The position numbers and the translations under genes are program-made. 64,000 nt of DNA, taken from the NCBI GenBank assembly GCA_043228905.1, contig JBHGNT010000001.1:23002001-23066000 (forward strand), in the 5' to 3' direction. This DNA is from Azolla caroliniana. Taxonomy: Eukaryota > Plantae > Polypodiophyta. Below the pieces are notes generated by a model. That model saw nothing but the letters and a program-made list of their open reading frames with translations, did no database searches and had not been told where the DNA came from. Of this stretch, positions 1-13,760 are shown piece by piece. Within the stretch, counting starts at the first letter, position 1; each line of letters begins with the position of its first letter.

Positions 1-89
1 CAAGAGTCTGACAATGATTGTTTAAGATAGTAAGAACGATGAGGATGAATGAGTGTGTAATGCAATGAAATGTAAGGAATGAATACTAG

Positions 90-1567
90 GTACACAGGAA
101 GAGGCGGCTGAGGCATACGACATAGCTGCGATCAAGTTCCGGGGAGCAAATGCAGTCACGAATTTTGATATGAACCGATACGACATCCAAAAGATATGCT
201 CTTCATCGACTAGTACGCCCAATAATATCAATAATCTGCAGTCCCCACTAATGATAAGGTCCTCTAGTAGTGCTAGTGCTAGTGTTAGTAAACCCTTACT
301 TAATCATAATAACAGTAAGCTAGATTATTATACCAACTATCATCTGAGCGTTCAATCCTCCGCCCCCAATAGTAGTAATAGTAATAGTGGTAGTAATGCT
401 ACTATGACAGCCAATGATATTGATATCCGTCCCATCCTTCATACCACACCCAGTCCATTGATGATTATGAATGACCACCACCACCACCACCACCATCATC
501 ATCGCCATACGCACAACCCTAATGAAAGTAATCATAATCTCAATACCATCCTTAGTAGCCATATTAGCTACCCAAAAGATGACCATCACATGAATAGTGC
601 TACTCACCTTGACAACCCTAGCATGGCCCTTGTTAGCTTGGATCATAGCAATATTCATCACCATAATGGTTTAATGAATCCATTATATAATCATGCCCAT
701 ACCAACCTGATGAATAGTGGCCACAATAATAGTAATAATAGCACTAGTTCCACTAGAGGACATGATAGTAGTATTCATCAATGGCAATTACAGCTCAATA
801 TGGGCCAATATATGCCCCATCATGAGATCAATAGTAGTAGTAATCATCCTTCAAATATAATGAGCCACCATGATCATAACAATAATACTATGAATGCTTA
901 CCATCATCATGACCAATTACAACAACAATATAATCATCACTATACCCCACTGCAACTCCTAATGTGGAGCAAAATGGATCAACTAGAGAGGGACAAATAT
1001 GGATTAAATATTAATCCTAGCAATATAAGTGGCCTCTTCGATTGCAAACGCAATAATAGTAACAATAACGGTAACAATGCTGATCATGATATTCCTGGCG
1101 ATAATAATAACAAGAACAGCAATGATATTAATATGATGCATCATCCTTATTTAAGTTATGGTAGGCCATCATCGGCGAGTGCTACTACTACCGCTACTTC
1201 TTCTTCTAGTACCCCTATAATGCAAGCTCAAAACTTAATCATTGACTTGGAAAGGTCTTTATATAACAATAACAACTCCAACGTGACTGCTACTACCACC
1301 GATTTACTGAATCTCGATGGTAACAACAATGAGAACGATGGAGTTAGGCCGAGTGATGATGACAACAAATCTGGGATGGCCATTATCAATATTAATACCC
1401 GGCCTCCAAATGTTAATCCACCATCTGATCATCAGTCATGGATTCCCTCATCACGTGACCAGTTTCGAGGAGGAGCTAGTACTGCTATAGTATCTCATCA
1501 ACATCAAGATCATGAACGTGGGGGTATGATCATGAGCAACTCAGAGCAACTGGTACAACATGAGAGT
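90..1567 (+). CDS. AP2-domain transcription factor, euANT/AINTEGUMENTA-like (moss APB type): penultimate exon with the end of the second AP2 domain and a long N/H/S-rich tail; 5' exons lie upstream of the window
   Basis: After the AG at 88-89 the frame reads [31 protein letters not shown], typical of the second AP2 repeat of ANT/PLT/BBM proteins, at the usual intron position. It is in frame with ORF 170..1663. A strong phase-0 donor GTAAGT lies at 1568. Confidence 0.9.
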
Positions 1568-1692
1568 GTAAGTTTTACCGCTATACCTTCTTCATCCATG
1601 ATGGAGCAACTACTAATGCATGTCTATAGGTATGATGTCTATACACCTGCTGGATGCACTTAGTATGTATGTATGTATGTATGTTAATGCAG

Positions 1693-2085
1693 GATGAGCA
1701 AATGTGTAGTAGAGGCGGTGGGGGTACTACTGCTGCAAGTCTTGTGAAATCCAATTGCAATGTACCAGCCGTTCCTCCTCCTATTCCTATGGTAATCAAC
1801 AACAACTCAACACCAGGAACAACATCATGTGGAATGAGCAACAACAGCAGGAGCAGGAGGTTGAATCAAATGTGGGGGGAGATTGGGGATCAACAGTATC
1901 ATACTTCTTGTGATGGATATAATAATAATAATAATAACAATAACATGCCTCCTCCTGCTGATGACCATCATTCACCCTGTCGTGATCATGGCGAAGATCG
2001 TCTCCTGGACCCATTGGTCTCGTCTTGGTCGACAGATCATCGTCGTCGTCGTCCTCATCATCATCACGCGGATGAAACTTCATGA
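1693..2085 (+). CDS. Predicted last exon of the ANT-like AP2 gene (DEQMCSRGGG...ADETS*)
   Basis: Intron 1568-1692 (GTAAGT...TGCAG, with (TATG)n) joins in phase 0 to the frame of ORF 1654..2085, which has the same low-complexity composition. Confidence 0.7.
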   Translation, partial: DEQMCSRGGGGTTAASLVKSNCNVPAVPPPIPMVINNNSTPGTTSCGMSNNSRSRRLNQMWGEIGDQQYHTSCDGYNNNNNNNNMPPPADDHHSPCRDHGEDRLLDPLVSSWSTDHRRRRPHHHHADETS

Positions 2086-2223
2086 TATTCATGGATACTA
2101 CTAACTAGATAACAATATAAGCTTCCTGATCCCTTCCTTTCACTCTCCCATTGATACATACCACCCACCCAGCAATGCTATAACTCTCCTTAACGTGTTT
2201 TGGTCACCTTTATTGGTATTGTT

Positions 2224-2225
<2 letters not shown>

Positions 2226-2254
<29 letters not shown>
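2226..2254. repeat. (AC)n microsatellite
   Basis: Direct dinucleotide run. Confidence 0.9.
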
Positions 2255-2255
<1 letters not shown>

Positions 2256-5200
2256 TGTTGCCCCATCAAGAATTTTGTTATCTCCTTTTTGGTAAATCAC
2301 CCTAATGGTGTTCCTCTTCCTTCTTCTTCTTCTTTTTTCATTCACTTGTATCTACTTAGGTATGCACACCGCATTCATGATGGTTTCTTATTATGTTACA
2401 GAAATAAATCTGTAGATTGTTATTTGTTTGGGCATCATGTATGTGCACATATGTAGCATAGCTATATTTTCATGTACACTCTTAGTATGCCATCCTCATT
2501 TACTACCGGTGTATTTCTAGGCTATCCTAGGCACAATATTAACACTTGGACTAAGTTTGGGTGCAAAATTTACCATGGTATACAAGCTCACTGAACCCAA
2601 ATGTAATGGAGAATCATGAATATGAAAACTAATTTGAACGTGCTGAGCTATCTAATTTGTCTGTAGACATTATTGTAGTGTGCTGTATTGTATTATACTG
2701 GTGATCTGAATGTCATGCAACCATGCGAGCATAATTCCATGATTTTGAGCAATTTTTACGTCAATATCTTATTTTGAAGGTGCAGGTAGGTAGGAGAATG
2801 GTGCGTACGATGTAGGAGAATAGTATAGGGTCTGCAGGTGCCATATAGATTTAGCACATGATAGTGACGAGATTGATTATTCATGTATTACTAGTGCATT
2901 TCTAGGGTGGAAGGGGAAGTCATTCCAACAATCACCCAACCTAGTTGAGGTTCCTTCTCAACCTTGTTGTAAAATCTATGATCATATAATTGAAATGGAG
3001 AGATCCTTGTAGAATTTGGCCTAGCTCAATGCGATTGTCTTTTTGCAGCAAAGAAATGCTCAAAGTTCCTATACCTTATCCATAGGGTGCTTGCTGCTAA
3101 TCGGATTGCAGACAGATCAGTAATAGTCAATTAAATGTAATCCATAGGATGTTGGTGATGGATAGATTACTGATTAATATACACACCTTTCGGCTGGTTC
3201 ATGGTTTCAATTTTCATTGCAACATGTAAACAAAGAGAAGTACTCATCAAACCTACCTAAGGTGAGGATTTTGGATGTAGCTTCTCTTGACTATGAAAAT
3301 TGTAGGATTGACACTCGAAGAAGACAACTATAAAAACTCTATGGCTTATTTAGATCTCCTAGGCGGAACTTTAAAGTTTCCTTTGGAAGTAACTAAAGAT
3401 GATTAGATTCTATGAGACTTACCTAATTCCAACAATTGTCATGATTGAGAAGGGATGCATAACTTGTATAAATTGTTTACCCCTATCTCAACATAATACT
3501 ATGTGCAAAATGTGCATTTCGTGGATCGTCCTTGGGTATATATTGGATGTAAGACAATCTTCTAGATAGTTAATTTGATTCGTGTGAAATGGTAAAACAG
3601 AATCGATTTTTCTTGGCCAAGTACATCTTTAGTGTAACATTGTGTGGGGTGTTCCATGTTGAGATTAAAGTTTGTTTATTGTGACTTCCTACACCAATGA
3701 ATCATGAAGAAGACAAATTTCGCTTTCGTGATTACTAGACCTTGTTGTGTTGATACTAAGGACTTCAAAGTTTTCTTGGAGATGTGATGTTTATGAATAA
3801 TTCGGAAGGTAGACAAAAGGCAACTTACCATGTGACTACACGGCGGATATGTGAATACACATGTAACATGTGAGGGAAATGGGAGGGATCATATGAAGAT
3901 GGCTCATTTCATATTTTCAAAGAATTGGTTGGTCCAATGGGTATTTCAAAATATCCTTGCTATTTTATGTAGTGCATGGTTTTGGCACAAGGCCTTCGGA
4001 ATAATATTGATAGACATTGCTTAAGTTAGTGCTATGCCAATATTGTCGACCCTGGAAATAAAAAAGAGGACACCTTGAGCAAACATCTATGATGGGACAC
4101 CGAGTGATGTAAAATATGGGTGGTTTGTAAGCTCCGAGTGAGTGACATGTTTATATCAAGGAATGGATCAATAGTGGTAATAGGATACTTTTAATTTGCA
4201 TAATCAACCCCGACATCTAAGACTCATAGAGAATCCATATTCGTGTGTGACTAACCTATCTTGCGTAGGGGGTACTAAAACAAAACTGAGGGTATGCCAC
4301 TGGTTAGTTGGTGATGATCATATTCAAACATCAAAGATTTGAGAAAATCTCTCAATGGGAGAGGGATGGAGGCTAGGCTACTAGGATGGGATGGAGGCAA
4401 GTACTTGGCATGAGGATGGAAGTGGAAAATATTAATGTACATCATTTTAGGAGTGTCAAATCCAAGAGTCTCCAAAGCGCATATGTACCATTTATCCAAG
4501 AAAATTTTGATTGCCTACACAAAGAGAGACAGCGTAAAAGATAAGCTAATTATCGAGGCCCCTTTTTATGAGCACTTTTTGAAGTCGAGGGAAAGCGAAT
4601 GTTTTCTAGGTTGGTGACACATGGGCAACAAAAACCTTTGATAAGATTGTGACACTAGGAATCTTCCTAAAGAGATGAATTATTGAATGGACGAGGGGTG
4701 AAAGAAATGATGAGTAAAAGATAAAAAAACCATAGTATGTAGTAAAATGTAGACATTTTTACACCATGTGAAAGGGTGCCGCTTTGCTCTACAGTTATTA
4801 GACGATGTTTGACATCATGATCTTCCAAGGGGAAAAAGGGAAGTGTTGACATTGGAATTGAGGGGGAGGGGGGACCCCTCTTCCCTGATGGCATTATTCC
4901 TAGTACGTTATGCCTTCGACTCTTTTGATTAAAGCAAATGATGTTTTGTTGCAAGTGTCAAATCAACCAATCGAGGATCGATGTGCCTCACACCTTAGAG
5001 AAACTTGCGTGTAACGCCTTCCGCCAACTCAAAAGCAATTTATCGTATTCCTTTTGCCATTGTAAGAGAGAGACACAAAACGGGTATGCATGCGAGGTGA
5101 GAGGTTAGAGGCATGTGAGCTAATGGTAGACATGCCATAATCCAAATGTGTGTGGGTGTGAGTATGGGTGTGTGTGAGAGTGTACAATGCCAAGAAGGTA

Positions 5201-7830
5201 CATATATTTATGTAGGGTGATTTCTAATCAATGTTGAGGTAGGAATACAAACAAGGAGATATATGTGTGTGGGAAGTGATTTCTAGTCAAAAGCTTATTA
5301 TCCACCCACACACCCAACCCCCCCCTTATACATATGTACATACATAGAACCCACATATATATATGTACACACATTACGGTACGTAGACTACATACATACA
5401 TAGTCTTCTAGTTCCTTGTTTTTACATAGTCTTCTACATTATACATACAAGTTTAGAGCCACCATTTACATATTTACATATGCTGCTTCTATGCATATAC
5501 ATTTGAAATTTGATTTTATATATATATATATATTAATATACATACATATATCTTGGTTCCCATATTGTCCGGCGCTTCTTTTGGGAGGCCCCCTAAAGTC
5601 ACGGGCATAATACACCTCCTCTTTTTCCCTGTGTTTTCTTTATTTTTATTTTATTTGTCTTTAACAGAAAACAAATCATTCATATAACTTAAAAACTCTG
5701 TAACAAATCTTCATCATCATCATCATCATCATCAAATTAACAATTATAATACCAATTCAAAATGAATACATACATTACTTATTTCTAATGACTGACTGAC
5801 TGACTATTGTACTACTCCTCTTTCTAGCAGTTGCGAGTAGCCCTCCCACCCCTCTACAGCCACCCAATATCTGTGTGTTAATCTAAGATTTCTAATCTTT
5901 AAACCCCTCCCTCTTGTCTCTTCTCTGTCCATCATATCTTCTCGTTTCATTCATCATTCTCATCCATATCCTCTTTTTCCCCATCATCAATTTAGCTCCT
6001 ATACACCACCAAATTTCATTCACTTCCTTCCCCCCTCTCCCAACACCGACGTACGCATTTCAAATAAATCAGTTTACCATCATACACCCCAATACCCACA
6101 CAAGGTTGTATTATATTTTGTCATGGGAATTCTGTAAAAACTTCTTCTACTCATTACATGTATCTCTTTTGCTTTTCCATCTTACTTAATGTATCCAAAA
6201 CTCTTATCAATTCCATGCAACTCCAGAAACCTCAGCAATCACTTGTGTTTACAGGAAATAAGTTACAGATCGTTTAAATCCTTAAATGAAAGCAACGAGT
6301 TCAATCACTTGATTATCAAATCTTCACTAGACACACACACACAATATAAATAAATATGCAACAATATAACTGAAGTCACTAGTACTCCATCTGTCCACAA
6401 GTTATTTTAGAAATTAATTTGCATTTTTTTTATTCTAGAATTCGTGTGCTCATCACAAGACTAACCATCTAATGACAAATGTCTTTTAAGTAGAAGGAAA
6501 CGGGAGAAATTTATATAAATAATCATGCACCGGCCTAGATTCGAGCTTCAAAATTAGGGTTTAATGAAGAATATAAAAAAAAGGAATGGAGGGGACATGT
6601 TAGATCAAGGTAAGGGGATCTATTTCGTTGTTGCATCAAACGAAACAAAAAGGTAGAGAGAGAGAGTTTCAGTCTTTAGGCGGTAAAGATTAAGTGTGTG
6701 TATGTATTATGTATGTATGGGGTGGGGGAGGGAGACATTCAATCAGCTATTGTGATTATGAGGAAAAATGCACACATTTTATTTGTGCCTTGGGATTGCT
6801 TTTCCGAAAATACAGAATCTAAGCCCCCTCCCTCTTTTCAGCTTTTATTTTTTTTATACCACAATGAGGAAGAAGTGTGATATTTCTTTCTTCAATCAAG
6901 CCTGCCGGACTCAGTAATCTATCTATCTATCTCTATCTAGCACAAGTGTGTGAGTTTGCGTTGTACCATTAAGTTAGTTGATATAATATAATTAAAAGAT
7001 TGTGAAAAAAAGCATTGCATAAGTTAAGTTGGATTAAGCGTGACATTGCATTACCATTAGTTATTGCTCTTGTTCCTGATTTGTTATTATTAACATGAAG
7101 CATTGCTATTTCACATCAAGTAGGCTGCGATGCTGACTAATGAGTTATATACATATATGTATATATATATCCATATAGATAGATAGCTCTCAGAAATAAG
7201 TTAAGTAAGTAGTCTGAATTGGCTAGGGCTTGCTTTAACTACCATAAACTCTGGGTGTGATATTGACAGATTTGGATATGATAATAATGATTCGGAATTG
7301 AAGAAGAATAGAAATGGCAAATTTCTGATATTAGGCGTGTGTGTGTAGTGATAGATAGAGAGAGATATGGTGGTACCGTACCCATTATGGCATTCTAATG
7401 AATGAATGATATGGAGGATGGATGACAACCTTCTCCCTCTCGCTAATCTTCTTAGCGTATGAAGAAGTTTGGTATTTGTTACAAACAAAAAGAGTATGAG
7501 TAGGTAGGACTAGGTAGGTATATTTATACAAAATCAATACATACATACATATAGATAGATAGATATGTAGACATGTATGTATGTGTATAATTGAAATGAT
7601 GGGCAGACATACATACATACATACAATGAATATGCAGTAAGTATGTATGTAGTAGGGGTCTAGGTGCGATGAGATGAATGTTAATAAAACCGAATGCAAT
7701 GAAGTACATATGTATTATGAGGGGAGAGGGTATTATTATATATATATATATGTATTATGTACATATATGTATAGGTAGGCTATTGTGATGGATGATGTAA
7801 TCATAAGCAGAGATATATGTACCCACAGAT

Positions 7831-7961
7831 GAGAGAGAGAGAGAGAGAGAGAGAGCATCGATGTTTGGGCTGATCATAAAATCAATAAATTGGTGGATTC
7901 ATTTCCAGAAAATTTACTCTAAAAAAATTAAAACAAAAACAAACAAATAAATAAATATATT

Positions 7962-8002
<41 letters not shown>
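7831..8002. repeat. Two (GA)n microsatellites (about 7831-7855 and 7964-8002)
   Basis: Direct dinucleotide runs. Confidence 0.9.
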
Positions 8003-8003
<1 letters not shown>

Positions 8004-10352
8004 GAACACACGTATGTACACAATGCACATTGGTCTTATAGTTTTGTAATGAAATACTAAGATTTTTCTTTTGGGGAGTAGCTAAGCTACGTACTTGCCT
8101 TCTTCACATTCGAATTACACACATACACGTTTGGTACAACGATGCATATAGTTGAGTGGGAAGGAAGGGGCCCGGCAGCATACAATACATATTACATACA
8201 ATGTATGCAATACAATTCAAGAAATGACATAGACGATACGCACTCCTGTCATGCGGACAAAAGACGGACGAAATGTAGGAACTCGTGAGCAAGTGGTGTT
8301 TGTTAGGATGGAAGATGGTGGTTTGTATGTGTGTGAAATCATCCATCCATTCCTTTGTTTTCAAACAAAACTCTCACCTTTCAATCCACACTAGCATTTG
8401 ATGGCAATCTTCCATCGATTTAATTAGAACTGGTCAGTTCATTATTGCGCTTCTCTAACTAACAACATAAGGCTTCATTTCATTCCAAACGTTCTCATAC
8501 CTTCATCACTATGATTCTGTAGTCTTATAACAAACATCGCACACCTTCTTCTACGCCCAAAACATTCTTTTGCAATGATTCCACATTTGGCATCCCTCCA
8601 CATCACATGTATCTTGTCCTTCCTTGATTAGTTAATGAATGGATAAAAGCATCCATATGAAGTGGTTTGATAATTTGCCCCTGCATTTTCTACTTACACA
8701 TTCGGTTTAATGCTACAAAAGTTGAGGTCTAGGGGGCATGCGTACCTAGATAGATAGACACTTTTAGTCAAGGTACGTACCATACAACATTAATATATTA
8801 TTCTGATCCAAGAATAGTCGTACAACCATTGTACATGCATCCGTACATACAATGGTGTCCATGCTCATTAGAGTTAATAACAAGCATGAAACCATTCCAA
8901 CTTTTCTTTTCAGAGTACTATCCTATTGAAACGTCACTACAAAGGCACAAGCAAATAATATTATGTAGCTTAAGCATTTGAGTCAAGTAGAGACATATTA
9001 TTTCAGTTTTAAAAGCACACCAATGCAAGGATATCCTTCCTAGAAATCTATTACTTTATAAAAAGTGCGAGGTTGAATGGGGCATGAAAGTTAATGACAT
9101 GGGCTTGTAAAAAAGTAAACAATTTTTTGATAGAGCATCCTAATGAACACGTAGGACTCTATAGGCCAACTTGACATCTACAAGCCATATTGCAAGAATA
9201 AGTGGTGCACTAATTTCATTGTTGGCCCTTTATTAACCAAGAAGTAGGAAACATGCAACAAATTCTTACACACACTACATATGTTGATTTCTATGCCGCT
9301 CAAAGTTTGTGTAAGTTTTAGAACAAAGCACCTATGATTCATGTATTTGTACGACAATGCTTCCTGACAACTTCTTCCACGCTCAATTGATATATCTATG
9401 ACATTTTCTAGTCTCAAACATTACTATATAATACCAACCTAGTATCTTTCTTTCCATTGCTTCAACAAAATCATCTTTTATGCTGATACATATACATTGA
9501 ATAAATTGATAGACAAGTATTGATATGAAAGCTAGAGTGTATATGTGTCTTCTTGTTGAAATGTTGTCTATGTAGATGAGTACACAATAGTTAAACAACC
9601 ATTAGAAGGTCCTAATAACATGAAAGGTTATCCTTCTTGATGATCAAAGGTTCACTACCCATGTCATTTGTTCATGAATTTTATCAAATAATTTGCATCA
9701 ACAAATCACAAGTTTATGTATGGAATCCTGATTCTAGCATAAGCTTAACCATGTGTTTATTTACTATGTTAACGTCAATCACCTACAAGGAGATGTAAAC
9801 TGGTGGGGAACATTACTCCACTCAACAATTAAGTTGATTAGCCAATTGTGCAAATCAAGCATAACATATCGCGGGGTGCCCGAAAACTTTCTTATTTCTA
9901 TCTCCATTTCATGCAATGTCAACTTGAAAAAAGTTTTTTTTTGGAAGAGATCCATTTCTCGTGTGATTTCGAGCATATATACACCTACAAGGACTCATTC
10001 CCTAGGTTGCCACTCTTGTAGATGTCATATTCATCCTTAAGAAAACAAGTCAATCTCCAAGTCATACAAAATTGTGCAGGAAATCACTATTTTAAGCAAT
10101 CACATACATTATCTGAAACAACTATGCATTGCAATTGGGTTCTATACATCTGAGTACACACGCACAAAGTGACATATTAATCATCAACATCCAATATATT
10201 GGGAAACCTTGTAATACAATTGGCATTGGACTCTAGATTGATGAATATCTTGCGATTAAATTGTACTATCATCAACTTTTTTATTGTCATGTTTTTTGGA
10301 TGTAAGGGTTAACCATGGATTTAACCTAATCTGGCAAGACCTAAAAGATCGT

Positions 10353-10517
10353 TGTCGCGGAAATCTGCGCCTACGGGTCGGTCAAATGGGACCACCGGGG
10401 TCTTTGACCAAGGAGGATGAATCGGGTGACTTGTGCTTGTAAGGAATCGACCGTCGTTTATGTTTACAATCGGGTCGTTCTTGTTGTCGAAGATGCTTGT
10501 GTGGGTTGACTAAGAGA

Positions 10518-10552
<35 letters not shown>

Positions 10553-11351
10553 TGATATTGAGAAAATATTTACCGCACCACAAAGATGTCGTGAAGCACA
10601 TGACACATGTGCCAAACGTCGCGATGTGCGTGTTACACGTGTGTAGACAAGCACCGGCCTCTATCCGCAAGTGGTGATGGAGGATTGAAAGGATTGTTTA
10701 AGACAATGAAGCGGAACCGTCAGTGTTCTGGACTGGAAGGACTAGCGCAAGCGAGAAACTATTAAAGATAGATTGGTAGATAGATAGATACAGACCAGAA
10801 TTCCAATCCCTGGTTTGAACTTTTGACTTCAAAATTGAGAGACAAGATACATTGCCAATGAGATAACTAAGATTTATTATTATTGTTATTGATTTTGTAT
10901 ATTGCTCGATTTCCTTTCCCTTCCTTTCCTTCTTATATAGATGCCCCCATGCATATGATGCATGGAGGGTGTAAGACATGCATACAATGCATGAAATGCA
11001 TGTGATGCATGATGACCATGTCTCTCATTCAAGCTCTCATGTACGAGCTGTTACATTTGAAAAGTACAATGAAGAAATAAACTTTAAAGAAAAAAACCTA
11101 GCCTAATGGTATGTCAATTGCCTCCTATCCTCGAGGTGTAAGGTTCAAAACTTTACTTGCACCTCATTGTATGCCGTTAGGCCTTAGGCTTATCATTGTG
11201 TAATGAACACCTAAACACACATCACATGTGCACATTAACGTGCTAACATACATGTGTAACCATCACTCCTTTCATACGTGTGCACATTGCACCTTCTTGA
11301 TTTTCCTCGTTCCACGTGATTTTCACACTGTTGCCGAAAATCTTCACGACA
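10353..11351 (-). repeat. Element A 3' LTR
   Basis: TGTCGCGG...CACGACA, homologous to 50850-51879; contains a (GA)n tract and an A/B-box module. Confidence 0.85.
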
Positions 11352-11480
11352 TCGTAAGACACCCACCAAACCGCATGTCCTCTAGTATGTGCCAAGAAGT
11401 GAGTGTTGCCGAAAATCTTCACGACATCGTAAGACACCCACCAAACCGCATGTCCTCCGGTATGTGCCAAGAAGTGAGTG
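11329..11480. repeat. 75-bp tandem duplication spanning the LTR/PPT junction of A
   Basis: TGTTGCCGAAAATC...GAAGTGAG recurs with period 75. Confidence 0.9.
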
Positions 11481-11500
11481 TGAGATTCCGGCTACAACGA

Positions 11501-13320
11501 TTAATCAATTTCCTCCACATCCTCATTGACCTTGCTCACGTTTGTGGGCCCCGTTGTACTATCTTTATTGCTGAGGTCATCGAGGTTAGGACCTTCATCT
11601 TGTCTTTTCTTGAATATCTTTACTCTTTTCCCCGCAATGGGTATGGACAACCTTGATCCGTCTAGCTCCACGAGGTGGTAGGTGGCATTGTCGTTGGCAC
11701 TCATCGCCATATACGGTTTGAACCACCTTCTTGCGAACTTCCTTGTCGTCTTGTGTTGGTTGTCAAGGCTGTTGTCGTAGACCAATACCCAATACCCAAT
11801 CTCCTTCTTCGATCTTCTTGGGACGCAATCGGTGTATCTTATCGAACTGAATCTTATTCTTCACTCGGGCTGTCTCCATTATCTTTCACGTATTCTCTAG
11901 TTCTTCGGGTCTTCTTTTGAGCTGCCTTATCCGTGCCGCCAATAATTCTTCCCGTCTCATCTCATTCTCCCATGAGGCGATTGTCCTCTCGATGGGCATT
12001 ACTGGTTTCTGTCCATACATGAGCTTTGTTGGCATATAGCCTGTCACAAAATTGTGTGTAGTTCTATTGGCCCACAATGCATAGGGCAATAATCGTGGCC
12101 AATTCTCAACTCGACCATTGCATGCTCGTACGATGGTTTTGACTATCGACCCATGCCCTCGCTCGATCTTCCCATTTGCTTCCGGATTATAGGCAATTGT
12201 GAGGGAGAGCTTTACGCCTAGTCGCTTGAAGAGCTCCATTGCTTCGTGCGCATCTAACTCCCCTAGGTTGACCACTATCTTTCCCACACATCCCTATCGG
12301 CAGACAACCTCTTCGAGCAGAAATTTGCATATGGTTGCCGTCGTCTTATTTTCTAAGGCTCGTCCTTCTACCTGATTTGTTAGGTCTTCCCTCCCTAATA
12401 CCAAGTACTTCATATGTCCCACTCCCATTGGCATCGAGACCAGATCCACCATCCATTTAAAATGTATGGTGAGTGGGTATGTTGGCCGCAACTCATCATG
12501 GTGACGTATGTTCGAATGTACTTGGCAGGTTTCGCATGTGGACCCGAAATGTAGTACATCTTTATACATGCTCGACCACCAGGACTTTTCCTTTAGCTTT
12601 TCAAACGTTGCCCACGTTCCTCTATGACCTGCCCATGGACTCTCGTGGATTTCAGACATCAACGTTGTTTGGTCCTCTTTCTTCACCACTACTGTGGTGG
12701 CATCCCTGTCCTTCTCTTTGGGTGCCACCAAAGGAATCCTCCCTTTAGAATGTACTGGTAAGCTTTCTTCCGTATTTGTAGAGCCTCCTCCTTCGTCCAT
12801 GAAGCATCCGCCATCATTGTTCTCAAGAATCTGCCAATTAGTAACCACTCCCCGTCATACCCGTTCTTGTTGAAAGCATGGAGGGTTGGCGTGCCTCTGT
12901 CTTCTGCTGATAGTTGGGCTGCCTTGAAGACGTCAAGGGCGACGTCATCATCTTCTGAAACCATGTCACTTTCATCTTCGAATCTTGCTCTTGACAGCAT
13001 GTTGGCCATGGCATTGTTATTCCCAGGAATGTGGCAGATCTCTGGGTTTAAAGACTTGATATAAGCGATCCACCTTAGCATAGCCAGATCTGGTGTCGCA
13101 CGTCCGGAGATATCCCAAGGATTGGGAGGCAATTCGTTTCAATTACCACCTCCGACCCAATCAAGTAGTCCTTGTCTACCTTCACTGCAGACACGATACC
13201 CTAGAGTTCCCGCTTTACCTGGGCGTATCCTCGTTGTCGTTCACTAAGGACCTTTGCTCCGAACCGGATGGCGTACCGTGTGCTATCTTCTCCTTCTTGG
13301 TTGATGACCCATCCAATCCC
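11501..13320 (-). pseudogene. pol: Element A pol: RNase H C-part and integrase (frameshifted)
   Basis: HESPWAGHRG...CETC zinc finger, WMVDLVSM, YNPEANGKIERGH and WFKPY (GPY/F-like) in ORFs 12689..13132, 12294..12848, 11886..12287 and 11501..11785. Confidence 0.9.
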
Positions 13321-13325
13321 CGTTG

Positions 13326-13758
13326 TGTTAACTCTTCGGGCCGGACAATGGCCTAACACAGGGTGTCTACGTGAGACACTTCACCAAAGGGTGTTACGAC
13401 AACCGGATTAGACTTCAACGCTTAATCCAACTTAGTTAAGTTACTTATTAGGATCGTCTTCATAACATGCGTAAGATATAACAATTAAGACAGAACAACA
13501 ATTGACACAGAGATATAACAACGCTTAAGCTTTCATTAATTAACCGCTAACTATTACATTGTATCCGGGCCTTTAAATAGGTTTCCGGTCTGTATTACAA
13601 AATGGTGCCATCCGCACCTGTTCGGGATCGGTCCGGATCCGGAACGGCATACCGATTCCGGTCCGTCCGTCCACACTCATAGCTTAATTACAACCCCATT
13701 CACACTACTTAATTAGCTCTCCGTTTCCCACTCTGGACTCCTTTGCCGGCCGGTAACA
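13326..13758 (-). repeat. Element B 3' LTR (relative to gag-pol)
   Basis: Direct repeat of 22789-23221. Confidence 0.95.
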
Positions 13759-13760
13759 CA

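Noticed and set aside
1568-1663. ORF 170..1663 as a complete single-exon gene
   Set aside because: It starts inside an AP2 domain, and its end likely lies within an intron.
2700-5100. Possible very old transposon-derived coding fragments (e.g. ILVEFGLAQC near 3005)
   Set aside because: No motif series could be reconstructed by eye; needs a translated search.
5100-8400. Possible miRNA/lncRNA locus; imperfect inverted repeat near 7000-7115
   Set aside because: Pairing is short, no conserved plant miRNA was recognised, and the ORFs here are microsatellite artefacts.
8800-10300. Coding-like decayed sequence on the minus strand
   Set aside because: No recognisable domain.
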